Source: Octopus vulgaris
Taxonomy: Eukaryota
Assembly: GCA_951406725.2 (NCBI GenBank)
Contig: OX597821.1
Coordinates: forward strand, 94,302,001-94,366,000
Direction: 5' to 3'
Length of the DNA stretch: 64,000 nt
A program made the position numbers and the translations under genes. Positions 43,845 through 56,862 of the stretch are shown here, piece by piece. The notes beneath the pieces were generated by a model. That model saw only the letters and a list, made by a program, of their open reading frames with translations, searched no databases and was not told the origin of the DNA. How positions within the stretch are numbered: the first letter of the stretch is position 1; the number at the start of each line of letters is the position of its first letter.

Positions 43845-44480
43845 AGATAGGGATGGGGAGAAGAGCATTTAAAAAAACTTCATGCGTGTTGAAAGGCCGT
43901 TGTTTTTAAATAAAACACAATATACACAAGTTGCCGCTATCGACCAAGCGACAGATTAGATGCCGTGTTCGAATATGAATGAAGAAGCATGGCTTCTCTC
44001 TCTTTTACTGTTTTAAAATATTGCATACCTTGAATTACGAATTGATGTAGATAAATGAAGGTAAATTATATCTTAAATTTATGCATATTTTTTCATAAAA
44101 TATGGAGTATACAACTGAAGATCGTAGTATGTATTTATTTAAATTAAATTAATTTTTTAAAAATTAATTTATTTAGTTTGTACAATAAAACGTGAAACTA
44201 GTTTTGTATTAGCCACGCTGACCTTAAAGGATAGACTTAATTTATCTCGCTCGTCTCACATCATTTTCGTACCAAGCAGAAATGCCTTTGTTTTATTTAA
44301 AAACAACTGCTATTCATCACACATGGAGTTTGCTTGTTTTTTAACTGCTTTTCTCCCACTGTCTATATATTTATGTATATATATATATATACACAATTTG
44401 CCCCGCTATCGACTCAGCGACAGATTAGAAGCATGTTCGGATATGAACGAAGAAGCATGATTTCTCACTCTTCTACTATT
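43495..44480. mobile_element. Cluster of rearranged TIR-element fragments within TA tracts
   Basis: GAAGAGCA.TTAAAAAAAC...GGCCGTTGTTTTTAAATAAAACA at about 43501 and 43860 is inverted at about 44290-44362; 43495-43665 mirrors 44170-44362; 43925-44010 is repeated at 44390-44480. Confidence 0.7.
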
Positions 44481-44481
44481 T

Positions 44482-44525
<44 letters not shown>

Positions 44526-44530
<5 letters not shown>

Positions 44531-44734
44531 ATCCAAACAAGAAAGCACAAAAAAAAAACACAACAACGCGAGGACGTGGAACAAATATAGTATTATTGGA
44601 CGCTCAGGAAAGAAGGAAAGAAGGAGGGTTTAACGTTTCGAGCGGAGCTCTTCGTCTGAAACATAGGAGAAGGAAAGATCCAAAGAAGGGAAGACAGAGG
44701 AAAAAAAAATCGCCAACGGTACACACGAGGTCAC
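44526..44734 (-). mobile_element. PLE-type terminal-repeat element with minimal hammerhead (44628-44662)
   Basis: Minus strand reads GTTT-CAGACGA-A-GAGC-TCC-GCTC-GAAA-CG-TT-AAAC; (TA)n on both sides; inverted copy at 49306-49509. Confidence 0.75.
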
Positions 44735-44781
<47 letters not shown>

Positions 44782-45889
44782 TGTATGTATGTATGTATGT
44801 GCATATATATGTATATATGTCTCTTCTATTTCTTAATTATTATAAATCTTCCACTGAGGAGGGAGCCAGTTTCCAACAAAGAGACATGGCTCTATCTTTG
44901 GGATGTAGCTAAAACAACAAATTCACATTTGGAACTTGACAAAAGTCTTGCATATTTCTATTGTTCCACTCACAGATTGACTATGTATGTATGCATGTAT
45001 GTATGTATTATGTATGTACGAATGTATGTATGTATGTATGTATGTATGTATGTATGTATGTATGTATGTATGTATGTATGTATGTATGTATGTATGTATG
45101 TATTATGTATGTATGTATGTATGTATGCATGCATATACATTCTTTCATCTATAATTTTTAAATTCCGCTCATAAAGAAAGAATTGGTTCCTAACAGAGAA
45201 ACAACTCACCGTCACTGGTATTTGGGATTTAGATAACTAGAGGGAAGATTTCCATGTTGATTGCTAGAAAAGTTTTACTCTTCCGTCTATTGGATTATTT
45301 TTAAATTGATCAGTTATTTTGCCTGTTTCTACTTTCACATGAACATACCTAAAAGTACCGATAATTATTAGCATGTATTTGAATCGTTGTAGAGAAGCTT
45401 TGGATTTTCTAAAGTCCATATATATATATATTCCCTTTCTCACTGATTTTGAAAGAAATGTTCTCATCTGCAATGTACTTAAGCTTAAATAACTATATGT
45501 GTATTGTTTTTTTTTCTATTCCAAGCAACTAGATTACTCCAGTTATGTTTGTAGTTGGTGGAAGATTTGATGGGTGTGTTCTACCATTATTCCTTGTGAT
45601 GAAAAGTAAGAATGCGCTCAACCACAGAAATATTTTTGTCTATATATGTTCTAGGGCTGACGTTCCTAAAGATGACACTGCATCGTGACATATTTTGAGG
45701 CAGCTGCTTATCACATGTGTAATATATTCCACAGACGTGACGTAATAGACATTTTCTGTCGCATCTTGAGTTTCAGCGCTTCAGTGTCTCTTATTACTCC
45801 TATTACGGATTTTGCTGCTTTCTCTTGTTCTTAAAAACTAGAAACATAACCTTCAACATGTGACATGATGTAATAGTCATGAGTTTGAG

Positions 45890-47240
45890 AGCGGTTACAC
45901 ATTTTCTGTCAATGAGAGCAGCATCATGAAGTTTTACAGAAAACATAGACTTTTATAACCTTTTCTTTGTATGCTCAATGCTTTTCCTTCAGACCTTTCT
46001 TAATATAAGCTTGTCCAACAATTCTAGGGTCACACAGCAGATCATCGGGTGGTGAGTTCTTGTAGAATTCACTACAAACCCGTTGATGTTGTTTTATCCT
46101 CTTTTGAGTACTTGGCTGGTGTATTAATGTTTACTGCTGTTGTCTAACAGATGCAGTTTAGGTGACCTTGTATGACATCAAACGCTGTAAGCACCTCATC
46201 GCCTTTTCTTGTGGATATTGAGAAGCTTCTGGTTGATATTAGTTGAAGCTTCTAGTAGATGTCAGAATATTTCAGGTTTAATATCTAGGAAGTGGGTTTT
46301 CCTCAATCGACTAATTAATACCTCCAAAATTTATTTCAGTACTAATACTGCAAATGCACCTTGACATATTGTATGGTTGTATAAAGAATATAAGAACTCC
46401 TCGAGCCTTTTAAAATACTCCTGCTTCAATCAAGGAGGCACAATAAATACAACAAAGCCATCTAAAATGTGTAGACCTCTTCGTTTACAGAAAAGGATAT
46501 GAACCTTCGTTTCGCAACAATGATGCATTTCTTGATGGCCTTAGTGCAATCTGGACGTTATCACAATTAGATGAACTTTAAAAAAATGCCTTTTCTGCGG
46601 CATGGTAGAATCAGTGCTATTTTACTTAATAAATATGTAGAGACAAGGTTTGATGACGTTTGCACTCGCATGTTACGAGCCGTATTGAATATCTTCTGGA
46701 AAAAAAATCACCTCACCAAAGGTTGTACGACATCTTCTTACTTCCACTAATGTCATTAGAGAGAGGGACACCTGCACTTTACGTGACATTTCTGGAGGAC
46801 TGAGCAAGAATTCATTAGCGGCACACTATTATGTACACTCCGATATGGATGTACTTAGGCTGGCCATCCAGGAAATAAACTATATTGACAAAGGCGGCGA
46901 GCTGGCAGACACGTTAGCGCGCCGGGCGAAATGCTTAGCAGTATTTCGTCTGTCGTTACGTTCTGAGTTCAAATTCCGCCAAGGTCAACTTTGCCTTTCA
47001 TCCTTTCGGGATCAATAAATAAAGTACCAGTTTCGCACTGGGGGCGATATAATCGACTCAATCCCTTCGTCTGTCCTTGTTTGTCCCCTCTATGTTTAGC
47101 CCCTAATGGGCAGTAAAGAAATATATATTGACTAGCTTTATGCTGACTCCAGATATAGGATGTTTCTATGTTGACTTACCAAACACTGTGAGGGATCGTG
47201 ATGTGGTGTGATCGAATCGAAGCTTGACCAGATGATGAGG
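45890..47240 (+). mobile_element. Decayed RTE-type LINE, 3' region
   Basis: TRMLRAVLNIFWKK at about 46663, VESVLF, and a terminal YID split by a SINE; many stops. Confidence 0.7.
46892..47123 (+). mobile_element. SINE family B nested in the RTE remnant
   Basis: 9-bp TSD TATATTGAC (46881-46889 and 47124-47132); tail TGTTTAGCCCC shared with 59025 and 60200. Confidence 0.9.
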
Positions 47241-48489
47241 GTAATTTCAAGTGCCACATTTAAAAAACCTAGTATAATATTCTTTGTTTACAGCACTTTT
47301 GTGTGATATATTTCTGTTAATATCTTGGTCTTTAGGCATACCTTGCGTGGAACAGGAAAGATACATTGGTTAATAACGTAAACGTTTTGCATTTCGGAAG
47401 CTTTATTTTTTGTTTTCTGCGTTGAATTATCAAATACGAACATTTATTTTAACGAAACCCCATTCTTAAATCGGTTGAAAACGCTTTTATTCGACCCAGT
47501 TGCTTTAAACATTGTAAATATTTCAAAGACAGATTTCTTAAATTACCCACAAAATGTTTATGGGTAGCATTAGTGTCTCTTGTCGTGAGCCTTAACACAT
47601 TAACAGACATTGGATTTAGCGCCAAAATAAACAGCATCTTGTTCCGTCTCTTTTGAAATATTCCATTTGAAATAATTATCAGAGTCAATTGTTCTACTTT
47701 CCGTTATAAATAAGAAGATTCCTGAATAGTGCTTTGTGATCCGTTCAATGGCATTATCTAGGGCACCAAGTAATTTCAATTGTATGTATGTATGTATGTA
47801 TGTATGTATGTATGTATGTATGTATGTATGTATGTATGTGTGTATGTATGTATGTATGTATGTATGTATGTATGTATGTATGTATGTATGTATGCAGGTA
47901 TGTATGTATGTATGTATGTATGTATGTATGTATGTATGATGTATGTATGTATTTATGTATATATATGTATGTATGTATGTGTGTGTGTATGCTGCATGTT
48001 TGTATGTACGCATGCACGCATGCATGTATGTATGTATGTTTGTATATATATATGTATATACGTATGCATATATGTATACGTGTCTATCTGACTATGACGT
48101 ATACACACACACACATATAGATAGATAGACAGATAGACAGTCATACAGACAGACACACACACACACACAAGCACAAACCCACACATACACACCTATGTCT
48201 GTCTGACTGTCTGGCTTTGTCTCCGTCTATATCTGTATGACAGTATTATTGTTGATAAATGTATGTCGGTACGTCTACTTGCCAACCGTCTCATTCTATT
48301 GTCTTTTAAGCTTTTCTCTGACATATGGTTTGCTTTGCAATGAATATAGCACTCTTATTTCTAAGTTCTGTATATTATGAACGCTGCGTTAGATTTATAT
48401 AAGTCTTGACAATGACTTATTTCTACTATACAGGCACGATCGTTAGTGTGCCATTTAAGAGTTTAAAGATCTAATTAAATTTTAATATT

Positions 48490-48593
48490 TAGGTGTGGCT
48501 GTGTGGTAAGAATATTGCTTCCCAAGCACATGGTTCCGGGTTCAGTTCCACTACGTGGCACCATGGGCAAGTGCCTTCTACTATATAATTCAA

Positions 48594-48631
<38 letters not shown>

Positions 48632-48762
48632 ACAGACTTCTTTCAATTTCCCTCTACTAAATCCACTCACAAGGGTCGGCCCGAAGATATAGCAGAAGAC
48701 ACTTGACCAAGGTGTCACGCAGTGGGACTGAACCCGGAAGATTCTTACCACACAGCCACGCC
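48490..48762. mobile_element. Two SINE family A heads in opposite orientation around a TA tract
   Basis: Plus-strand head at 48490-48585 and minus-strand head at 48630-48762. Confidence 0.75.
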
Positions 48763-49305
48763 TAGAATTATAAGACTGTGTTTTTGCTTGAATAAAAAAA
48801 AACAAATGATTACACCTGACTATAGCTTGGTAACATGTGCCATGCTTTCATTGATAGTTTTAGGTGCCTATGAAGTCGTGAGCAGACATACACACACACT
48901 AGGCTCTTCACATTTTTCACCCAGTAGGATGTCTAAGAGGCAACAACTGAAGTAAGAGAGGGCTGCACTAGCACGCTGCTGATTGTGGCTAAGTAAACTG
49001 GTCCATCTTGAAAGGACACAATGCACAACTCTGTTCAAGAATTGAACCCATGATTTCATGACTATAAACTGAACACTCGTAACCACTAAGCCAAGCGCAT
49101 CACCACGAAAGTTAGTCAACGAATGAATATAATGGTTTCTGATTTAGGCACAAGGCCAGAACTTTGATGAGACAAGGAGTAGTGACAGTGTGGTAAGAAG
49201 ATTACTTCCCAAGGACATGGTTTCGGGTTCAGTCCCATTGGGTGGCACCTTGGGCAAGTGTCTTCTAAAATAGCCTCGGGCTGACCAAAGAAGCCTGTCG
49301 TATAA

Positions 49306-49509
49306 TGTGACCTCGTGTGTACCTTTGGCGATTTTTTTCCTCTGTCTTCCCTTCTCTGGATCTTTCCTTCTCCTATATTTCCGACGAAGATCTCCGCTCG
49401 AAACGTTAAACCCTCCTTCTTTCCGTCTTTCCTGAGCGTCCAATAATACTATATTTGTTTCACGTCCTCGCGTTGTTGTGTTTTTTGTGCTTTCTTCTTT
49501 GGATTAACT
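49306..49509 (+). mobile_element. PLE-type terminal-repeat element with minimal hammerhead (49377-49411)
   Basis: ATTT-CCGACGA-A-GATC-TCC-GCTC-GAAA-CG-TT-AAAC; reverse complement of 44526-44734; preceded by a SINE A head and followed by TA. Confidence 0.75.
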
Positions 49510-49970
49510 ATATATATATATGGCGGGGGGGGGGGGTCTTTGTGTGTATAAATACACACACAGCCTCAAAACATATTAAAAAATTTTCTCTATATTTGAC
49601 TGGCATTCTTATATCATCAATACTCGAAGAAATGAAAAACAAAAGTGAGTCCCTCAGAAAGTAAATAGCATGAACGATTACCAAAAATGAATTTTTCCAA
49701 CGCTCTAAAGAGTCTACCAACTCGCCACCTTATTGGATAAAATAAAGAACAAATGGATTGGCTTAAATGGTATTAATTGTTATTATATTCTTAACTTCTT
49801 CCATCCTACCATCTTCTCTGCTTACTGTTCTTGTTTCCTATCAGAAGCAAACATCATTAAACTTTCCTACTGGGTTTCAAACAGGATCGACTATAGATAA
49901 TATCCAGCCATCTCGTTCTTAATCTACTCCTTGGTATCCTTCAGGTTGGCTCGACTTGAAGGTTGGTTCC

Positions 49971-50034
<64 letters not shown>

Positions 50035-50047
50035 GTCTATCTGTCTA

Positions 50048-50105
<58 letters not shown>

Positions 50106-50147
50106 CGTCCGTCCGTCCGTCCATCCATCCATCCATCCATCCATCCT

Positions 50148-50217
<70 letters not shown>

Positions 50218-50807
50218 AATGTATCTATCTATCTGTCTGTCTGTCTGTCGGTCTGTCGGTCTGTCTGTCTGTTTATCTATCTATCCGTCTGTTTCTCTGT
50301 CTGTCTATATGAACTATTACACACACACCACACCACATACACATATATTAATATACAATTCGTAATATATATACTCTGTGTGTATGATGTATATTACACA
50401 AATTTCGTACATAAATCACACGCATATTCATTATGTATGTGTACGTGCGTATATTTTATTACGTACATTTAAACATGGACATATCCATACAAGATTGTTT
50501 ATATATTGTTTAAACTGTGACTTCAAACAAGAATGACACGTATGACAAAGTGAAAAAAAACACACAAAAAGCGCGGGAATTGCAAGTGAGCATTCATTGT
50601 CTTTTGGGTTTTTAATTTCTTTCTTCTTTACTCTTTTTGTAAAGAAATTTGAGAAAAACAGTAAAAAGAGACAAAAGAGTAAAGAAAAGGGAAAGGAGTT
50701 GAATTCAGCTGACAAATGTGCAGACGTGTGATGTTTGTTTTTGTTTTGTATACGGGTTTTTATATAAATTATAAACATCCTTGACTTTAAAGTTCACTAA
50801 ATTAGGA

Positions 50808-50963
<156 letters not shown>

Positions 50964-50998
50964 ATACATATATATATATATGTATATATCTATATATG

Positions 50999-51031
<33 letters not shown>

Positions 51032-51177
51032 GTAAATACGAGTGTGTGTATATATATATATATATATACACACACACATATATATGTATATATGAATGTG
51101 TCTGTATACATATATATATGTATATGTGTTTGTATATACATATATTTATATACAAATATATACAAATATATATACAG

Positions 51178-51250
<73 letters not shown>

Positions 51251-51980
51251 CATGTATGTATGTATGTATGTACGTGAGTGTATGTATGAATGTATGTGAG
51301 CCTCAATGTGTGTATCTCCGTGTATATAAATGTATAAGTATATATGTATATATATGTATATATATATATATATGTGTGTGTAGAGAGAGAGAGAGATAGG
51401 GACATGTATGCATGTATGTAAGTTTGTATGAATGGATGTGTGCGTGAGTGTGTATGTATATATCTTTGTGTGTTGTAGTGTGTATATGTGTGTGTGTGTG
51501 TGTGTGGTTAGAATTCGTACGAGAGGTTGGTAGTATCCTTTTCGACAGGAAAGAATATTTCGATTGTTTAGTTAGCGGGTCATTTCTTTTATAAGTCGGT
51601 TGTTTACCATTCTCTACATGGCCCCCCCCCCCTCCTCCAGCTCATTAATATGATGATGATGGTGGTGGTGGTGATGGTCTTTGTTGTTATTGTCATTTTC
51701 GTCATCATCGTAATCAATATTGTCAGCACCATACCATATAAATGTACATATAGATAAAGAGGAGGAGGAGGGGGAGGAAGAGAGTTGGGGAAATAAGAAG
51801 TCGAGGAGGCGGAGGAAGAGGAGGAGAAGTTGAGAGAATAAGAAGAGGAAGGGGAGGAAAGATGTAAGGCCACTGTGGAAGATGCGGACGATATTTGTAT
51901 TATCGTTGGCAATGAAATACTTTGTTTTCGTGAAAGCAAGATGGGAGTCATTGATATATACAGAGATAGATAGACAGATG

Positions 51981-52129
<149 letters not shown>

Positions 52130-52658
52130 GCAGAGACAGGGACAGAGAGACAGAGAGACGGAGATAGAAAGATAGAGACGAAGGACGCAAAGCAAAGGAT
52201 CTGGTAATAGAATAATATAGAAATGAGGAGAGAGAGAAAGCGGAGGGCAGTGAGAGAGAGAGAGAGAGAGAAATAGAGAGAGAGACAGAGAGGGGGAAGG
52301 CTGGAGAGACGAGGGGAAAAAGAGGGGTTGATTGTTTGATAGTTAAACTAATAGTATTCATAACCTTTGAAGAAAATCATATAAACAGAGTCGAAAATGA
52401 AGATGGAAGTTCAAAGAGAAAGAAAGCGGGGAGAGGTAGAGGTAGTGGAAGAAAGTTTAGTGATAGAACAACGAAGACAAACAGCTGCATTCAACTAATG
52501 ATGGGGATAAATCTAATAAATAACGTGATTTCTTGTATTGGTCGTCAGAGCTAATAAATACAACACGAGACGTGATATACGAAAGGCTATATATGAATTA
52601 GTCTGTTTGTCTGTCTGTCTTTCTTTCTTTTCCTCTCTCTCTCTCACTCTTTCTTGCT

Positions 52659-52734
<76 letters not shown>

Positions 52735-52755
52735 CTATATATATATATATATATA

Positions 52756-53665
52756 CCGGAGTAAACACATAATTGTGAAACAAGGTGGAAAAAAAAGAGT
52801 ACTCAAATACCAGTGGTAGAGTAATATGCTTTATTTAAAGCAGTAGAAAATTCTACAAAACCTGTTGCTCTGAGTATCACGTTGCCGTTGTGAAACTCAG
52901 AGTAACAGGTTTTGTAGAATTTTCTGCTGCTTTAAATAAGTCTTCGAAGACAGTCAAAATTTTGGATTTATGGAGGGTAAAACTTGGGAACAAAAGGAGA
53001 ACAGTGGAGACATACAAGGAAACCGAACGAAAACAAACATGGAGGGTCGTTAGACCAGAACGAGAGGAAAATAGTGAACGGTGTAAGAAGCATTTTTTGA
53101 AAAGAGTGAAGATAGAAGAGAGAGAGAGAGAGATAGGATACGTTCAGTCACATACACACAAACACACATATATATATATTCACATAAATAAATATATATA
53201 TATATATATATATTTATGTGAATATGTATATATATTTATGTGAATATATATATATATGTGTTTGTGTGTATGTGACTGAACGTATCCTATCTCTCTCTCT
53301 CTCTCTTCTATCTTCACTCTTTTCAAAAAATACTTCTTACACCGTTCACTATTTTCCTCTCGTTCTGGTCTAACGACCCTCCATGTTTGTTTTCGTTCGG
53401 TTTCCTTGTATGTCTCCACTGTTCTCCTTTTGTTCCCAAGTTTTACCCTCCATAAATCCAAAATTTTGACTGTCTTCGAAGACTCATATTGCCGTTCAAT
53501 GCTCGAAATGAGGAGTAGATAGACAACCGACAACTGATGAAGGGTCATTCTTTGTGTTACTTGTCCTGTTTTCCATCCATTTCACTCGTTGTTTGCGTAT
53601 TGAACTCATTTGTTTTCGCATTTCATGTTGTTTACTGTTGGTGACGTCCTGTACCCATATATGCA
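52756..53665. mobile_element. Rearranged PLE-type repeat containing two adjacent palindromes
   Basis: 52831-52880 pairs with 52890-52939; 52939 to about 53190 pairs with about 53233-53484; (TA)n on both outer flanks. Confidence 0.8.
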
Positions 53666-53666
53666 C

Positions 53667-53729
<63 letters not shown>

Positions 53730-53730
<1 letters not shown>

Positions 53731-54069
53731 CGGAGATGTACTCGCATAGCAAGTAATTTGATCTGAGATCGTGTGCTGAAACGAAAACAATTGCAGCGTG
53801 GAAGGTGTTTATAAGTCATTTAAGAAACACACAAAAGTCGTTCGATTCACTTCAACATTTAAGTTTAATTTGTCAAAATATTTTCGTCGCTAAAATCCGC
53901 GACCTGTTCACTGACAAAGTCCGTGCAGCACGGACTTTGTCAGTGAACAGGTCGCGGATTTTAGCGACGAAAATATTTTGACAAATTAAACTTAAATGTT
54001 GAAGTGAATCGAACGGCTTTTGTGTGTTTCTTAAATGGCTTATAAACACCTTCCACGCTGCAATTGTTT
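53730..54069. mobile_element. TA-flanked fold-back element with 142-bp arms and a hammerhead motif on each strand
   Basis: 53785-53926 pairs with 53928-54069 (two mismatches, 1-nt centre); homologous to 27931-28030. Confidence 0.88.
53936..53985 (+). ncRNA. Minimal hammerhead motif, G3-C8 core variant (mirror copy at 53869-53918 on the minus strand)
   Basis: TTTGTCA-GTGAACA-G-GTCGC-GGATTTTA-GCGAC-GAAA-ATAT-TT-TGACAAA: 7-bp stem I, 5-bp stem II, palindromic stem III. Confidence 0.7.
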
Positions 54070-54662
54070 ATATATATATATATATATTAGAAGAAATGAG
54101 GTACTCAGAAAATCGGATGGTTTATATTTACAGATAATTATTTGTATATTACATTTTTTATATATCATATAACATAGATCCTGTATTAGCGCTCTCTCCC
54201 ATTCTAGTGGGGTTTTCAAATCAAACTAAGTTCCTGAGTGAAGAGTTTGGACCAATTTATAGTGGTATTGAGTTTGTAGAGGTGGGGAGGAATATAAGAC
54301 AGTACAAGAGGGTGATAGATGAGGAGAAAGTGAGAGAGAGAACATGTGTGTATGTGTGTGTGCGTGTGTGTGTGTTTTTGATGAGTGCTAAAGAAAAAGA
54401 GGGGAAGGGAGAGGGAAGAAGAAGAAAAGAATTTTTTTGGTCTGCTGGACAGAATATTGACTCCAAGGGGGTTCTAAGGTCTTGGGAAAAAAGAATTTCA
54501 GTTTTGACCATTTCACAGTGTCAATGAGTGTGTGGTGGCGGGGAGGTAGACCATAAATTATATTTCGTTTTATCATTGTGAGAGAGTGTGTGTGTGTTTA
54601 ATGAGGTATGGTCAAATGTTTTTTGGGTTTAGAGAAGAATTCTTTTTATGATTGTTTTGTGG

Positions 54663-54713
<51 letters not shown>

Positions 54714-54965
54714 TCTGAGTTTGGAGAAGGGAAGAGAGAAAAAAGGGAGGAAGGAGAAAAAATTGTGTTGATATTTATACCACTATATATAAATATATAC
54801 ATGCTTATACATAAAATATTAGAAAAAAAACACCTTTTATCGATTCAAAATGAACAATTAAATTACACCATCTAGAAAATTACATATAGAAAAGTTAATA
54901 TTAAAATGACAATAAAAAAGTAAAGATTAAGTAAATTACAAAAATAATATAATGAATATAACAGG

Positions 54966-55054
<89 letters not shown>

Positions 55055-55178
55055 AATACTAAATGTTCTACTGTATTAAATTGTAAATTGAAAGATTTGT
55101 CCTTCAATGTATGATGAGTAAAATTTCATAAAGTCCATATTTGAAAAAGTATTCATTTCTGCTTAATTTTTAAGATTT

Positions 55179-55825
55179 TTACTCATCCGGTGTCATAGAA
55201 GAAATTGAAGGGTTACAAGGAATGTTCACTGGTAAAATACCTTCAGTTAAATTTTCTAACTTCCGGGGAATTTGGTCGAAAACTTCCTGGAAACTTCCGG
55301 GGATTTTCTAACTTCCGGGAAATTTGGTCGAAAACTTCCTGGAAGTTCCGAAGATTTTCTAAATTCCGTGAAGTTAACTGAAGGTATTTTACCAGTGAAC
55401 ATTTCTGACACCGGATGAGTAAGAATATATAAATTTAAGCAGTAATTTGGTCGAAAGCTTCCCGGGAAGTTCCGAGGACATTCTAACTTCCGGGAAATTT
55501 GGTCGAAAATTTCCTGGAAAGTTCCGATTGTTTCATGGAAAGTTCCAAGGATTTTAAATTGGTCGAACTTCCTGGAAAGTTCCGAGGATTTCATGGAAAG
55601 TTCCGAGGATTTCATGGAAAGTTTCGAGGATTTCCTAGCTTCCTAGAAAATTGGTCGGAAAGTTCCGAGGTTTTATGGAAAGTTCCCAGGATTTTCTAAC
55701 TTCCTTGAAATTGGGTCGGAAACTTCCTGGAAAGTTATGAGGATTTTCTAAATTCCGGTATATTTGGTCGAAAACTTCCTGGAAAGTTCCAGGAAATTTA
55801 GTCGAAAACTTCCTTGAAAGTTTAG
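55179..55825. repeat. Complex 52-bp/21-bp minisatellite associated with an inverted repeat
   Basis: Unit CTAACTTCCGGGAAATTTGGTCGAAAACTTCCTGGAAAGTTCCGAGGATTTT and sub-unit GGAAAGTTCCGAGGATTTCAT; 55179-55250 pairs with 55374-55422. Confidence 0.88.
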
Positions 55826-55874
55826 TGTTGAAATATGCATATGATACCAAGCTATACCTTGAAATAAAAAGAAC

Positions 55875-56680
55875 ATATATACTTTCCTGCAATCAGATCT
55901 GGATACACTGCAGCAGTGGACCTCTGACTAGCAACTCAAGCTCGCTGTAGGAATTTTGGGAGGAAAAATCCAGCTTTTTCATAATTCCTCAACAACACGA
56001 ATCTCAAGAAGTCTTCTGGTGGAATGTTCCGGGTATTATTGTAAACAACAATCTGCATTGGACAAACCACATATCTAAGATTGTCAAAAAGGCTGAGGTG
56101 GTGCTAGCATCACTCAGTAAGACCTTTGTCAGCCACTCTCCAGTTATCTATTTAAAATTGTATACAACAATGGTATGTCCACACTTGGAATTTGCATCCA
56201 CCAATCTGGAACCCCTTCCTTTCTCAGCATATAAATCTCCTGGAAACTGATCAGAAATGTGCGGCAAAGCAAATACCCACCGTCAGACATCTACCATACT
56301 CTGAACGTCTTGCATTCCTAGGCATGGATACATTGAAGCTCAGACGTCTGGCAACTGACTTGATTGACACCCACAAGATTATCCACCATATTTCCAACAA
56401 CAACCTTGGGTACCTTTTTGAATTCCATATGACAAACACTCACGGACATGCTTATAAAATCAAAAAACAACACAGCACCCATGACTTTCGGAACCAATTT
56501 TTCATGCTCAGAATTGCAGAAGCATGGAATAAACCACCTGCATCAGTTGTTAGCTGTCAAGACACTACATCCTTCAAAACTTCCATGTGTCCTGAAATCC
56601 GCCAACAGTACACCTGATGGCCATTTTTTTTCTTTTTAGTTGTAGTGCACCTGAGCACTGTATACAACAATTTCCTTTAT
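55875..56680 (+). mobile_element. 3' end of a CR1-group LINE ORF2, decayed
   Basis: IIVNNNLHWTNHISKIVKKA...LKLYTTMVCPHLEFAS then, after a frameshift, LPYSERLAFLGMDTLKLRRLATDL...THGHAYKI...FFMLRIAEAWNKPP. Confidence 0.88.
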
Positions 56681-56819
56681 CATTATATACGTGTGTTTGT
56701 TGACTTTCTGTGCAATATTTTAGGTCTGTTAGTCAATGTAATGTCACACACTCACTTAGGTTCCCACTCAGTGGTACCCTACACAGTGTTCAATATTTGG
56801 TGCAAGACTGTCTCTCTAA

Positions 56820-56824
56820 TAATA

Positions 56825-56862
<38 letters not shown>

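Noticed and set aside
44526-49509. 5-kb composite transposon bounded by 205-bp TIRs
   Set aside because: No TSD and no transposase; each copy is independently associated with TA repeats, and one follows a SINE head.
52890-53548. Duplicated protein SSKTVKILDLWRVKLGNK on both strands
   Set aside because: A consequence of the DNA palindrome; no recognisable domain.
53533-53560. CTGATGA as a hammerhead core
   Set aside because: No downstream GAAA or stem III at a suitable distance.
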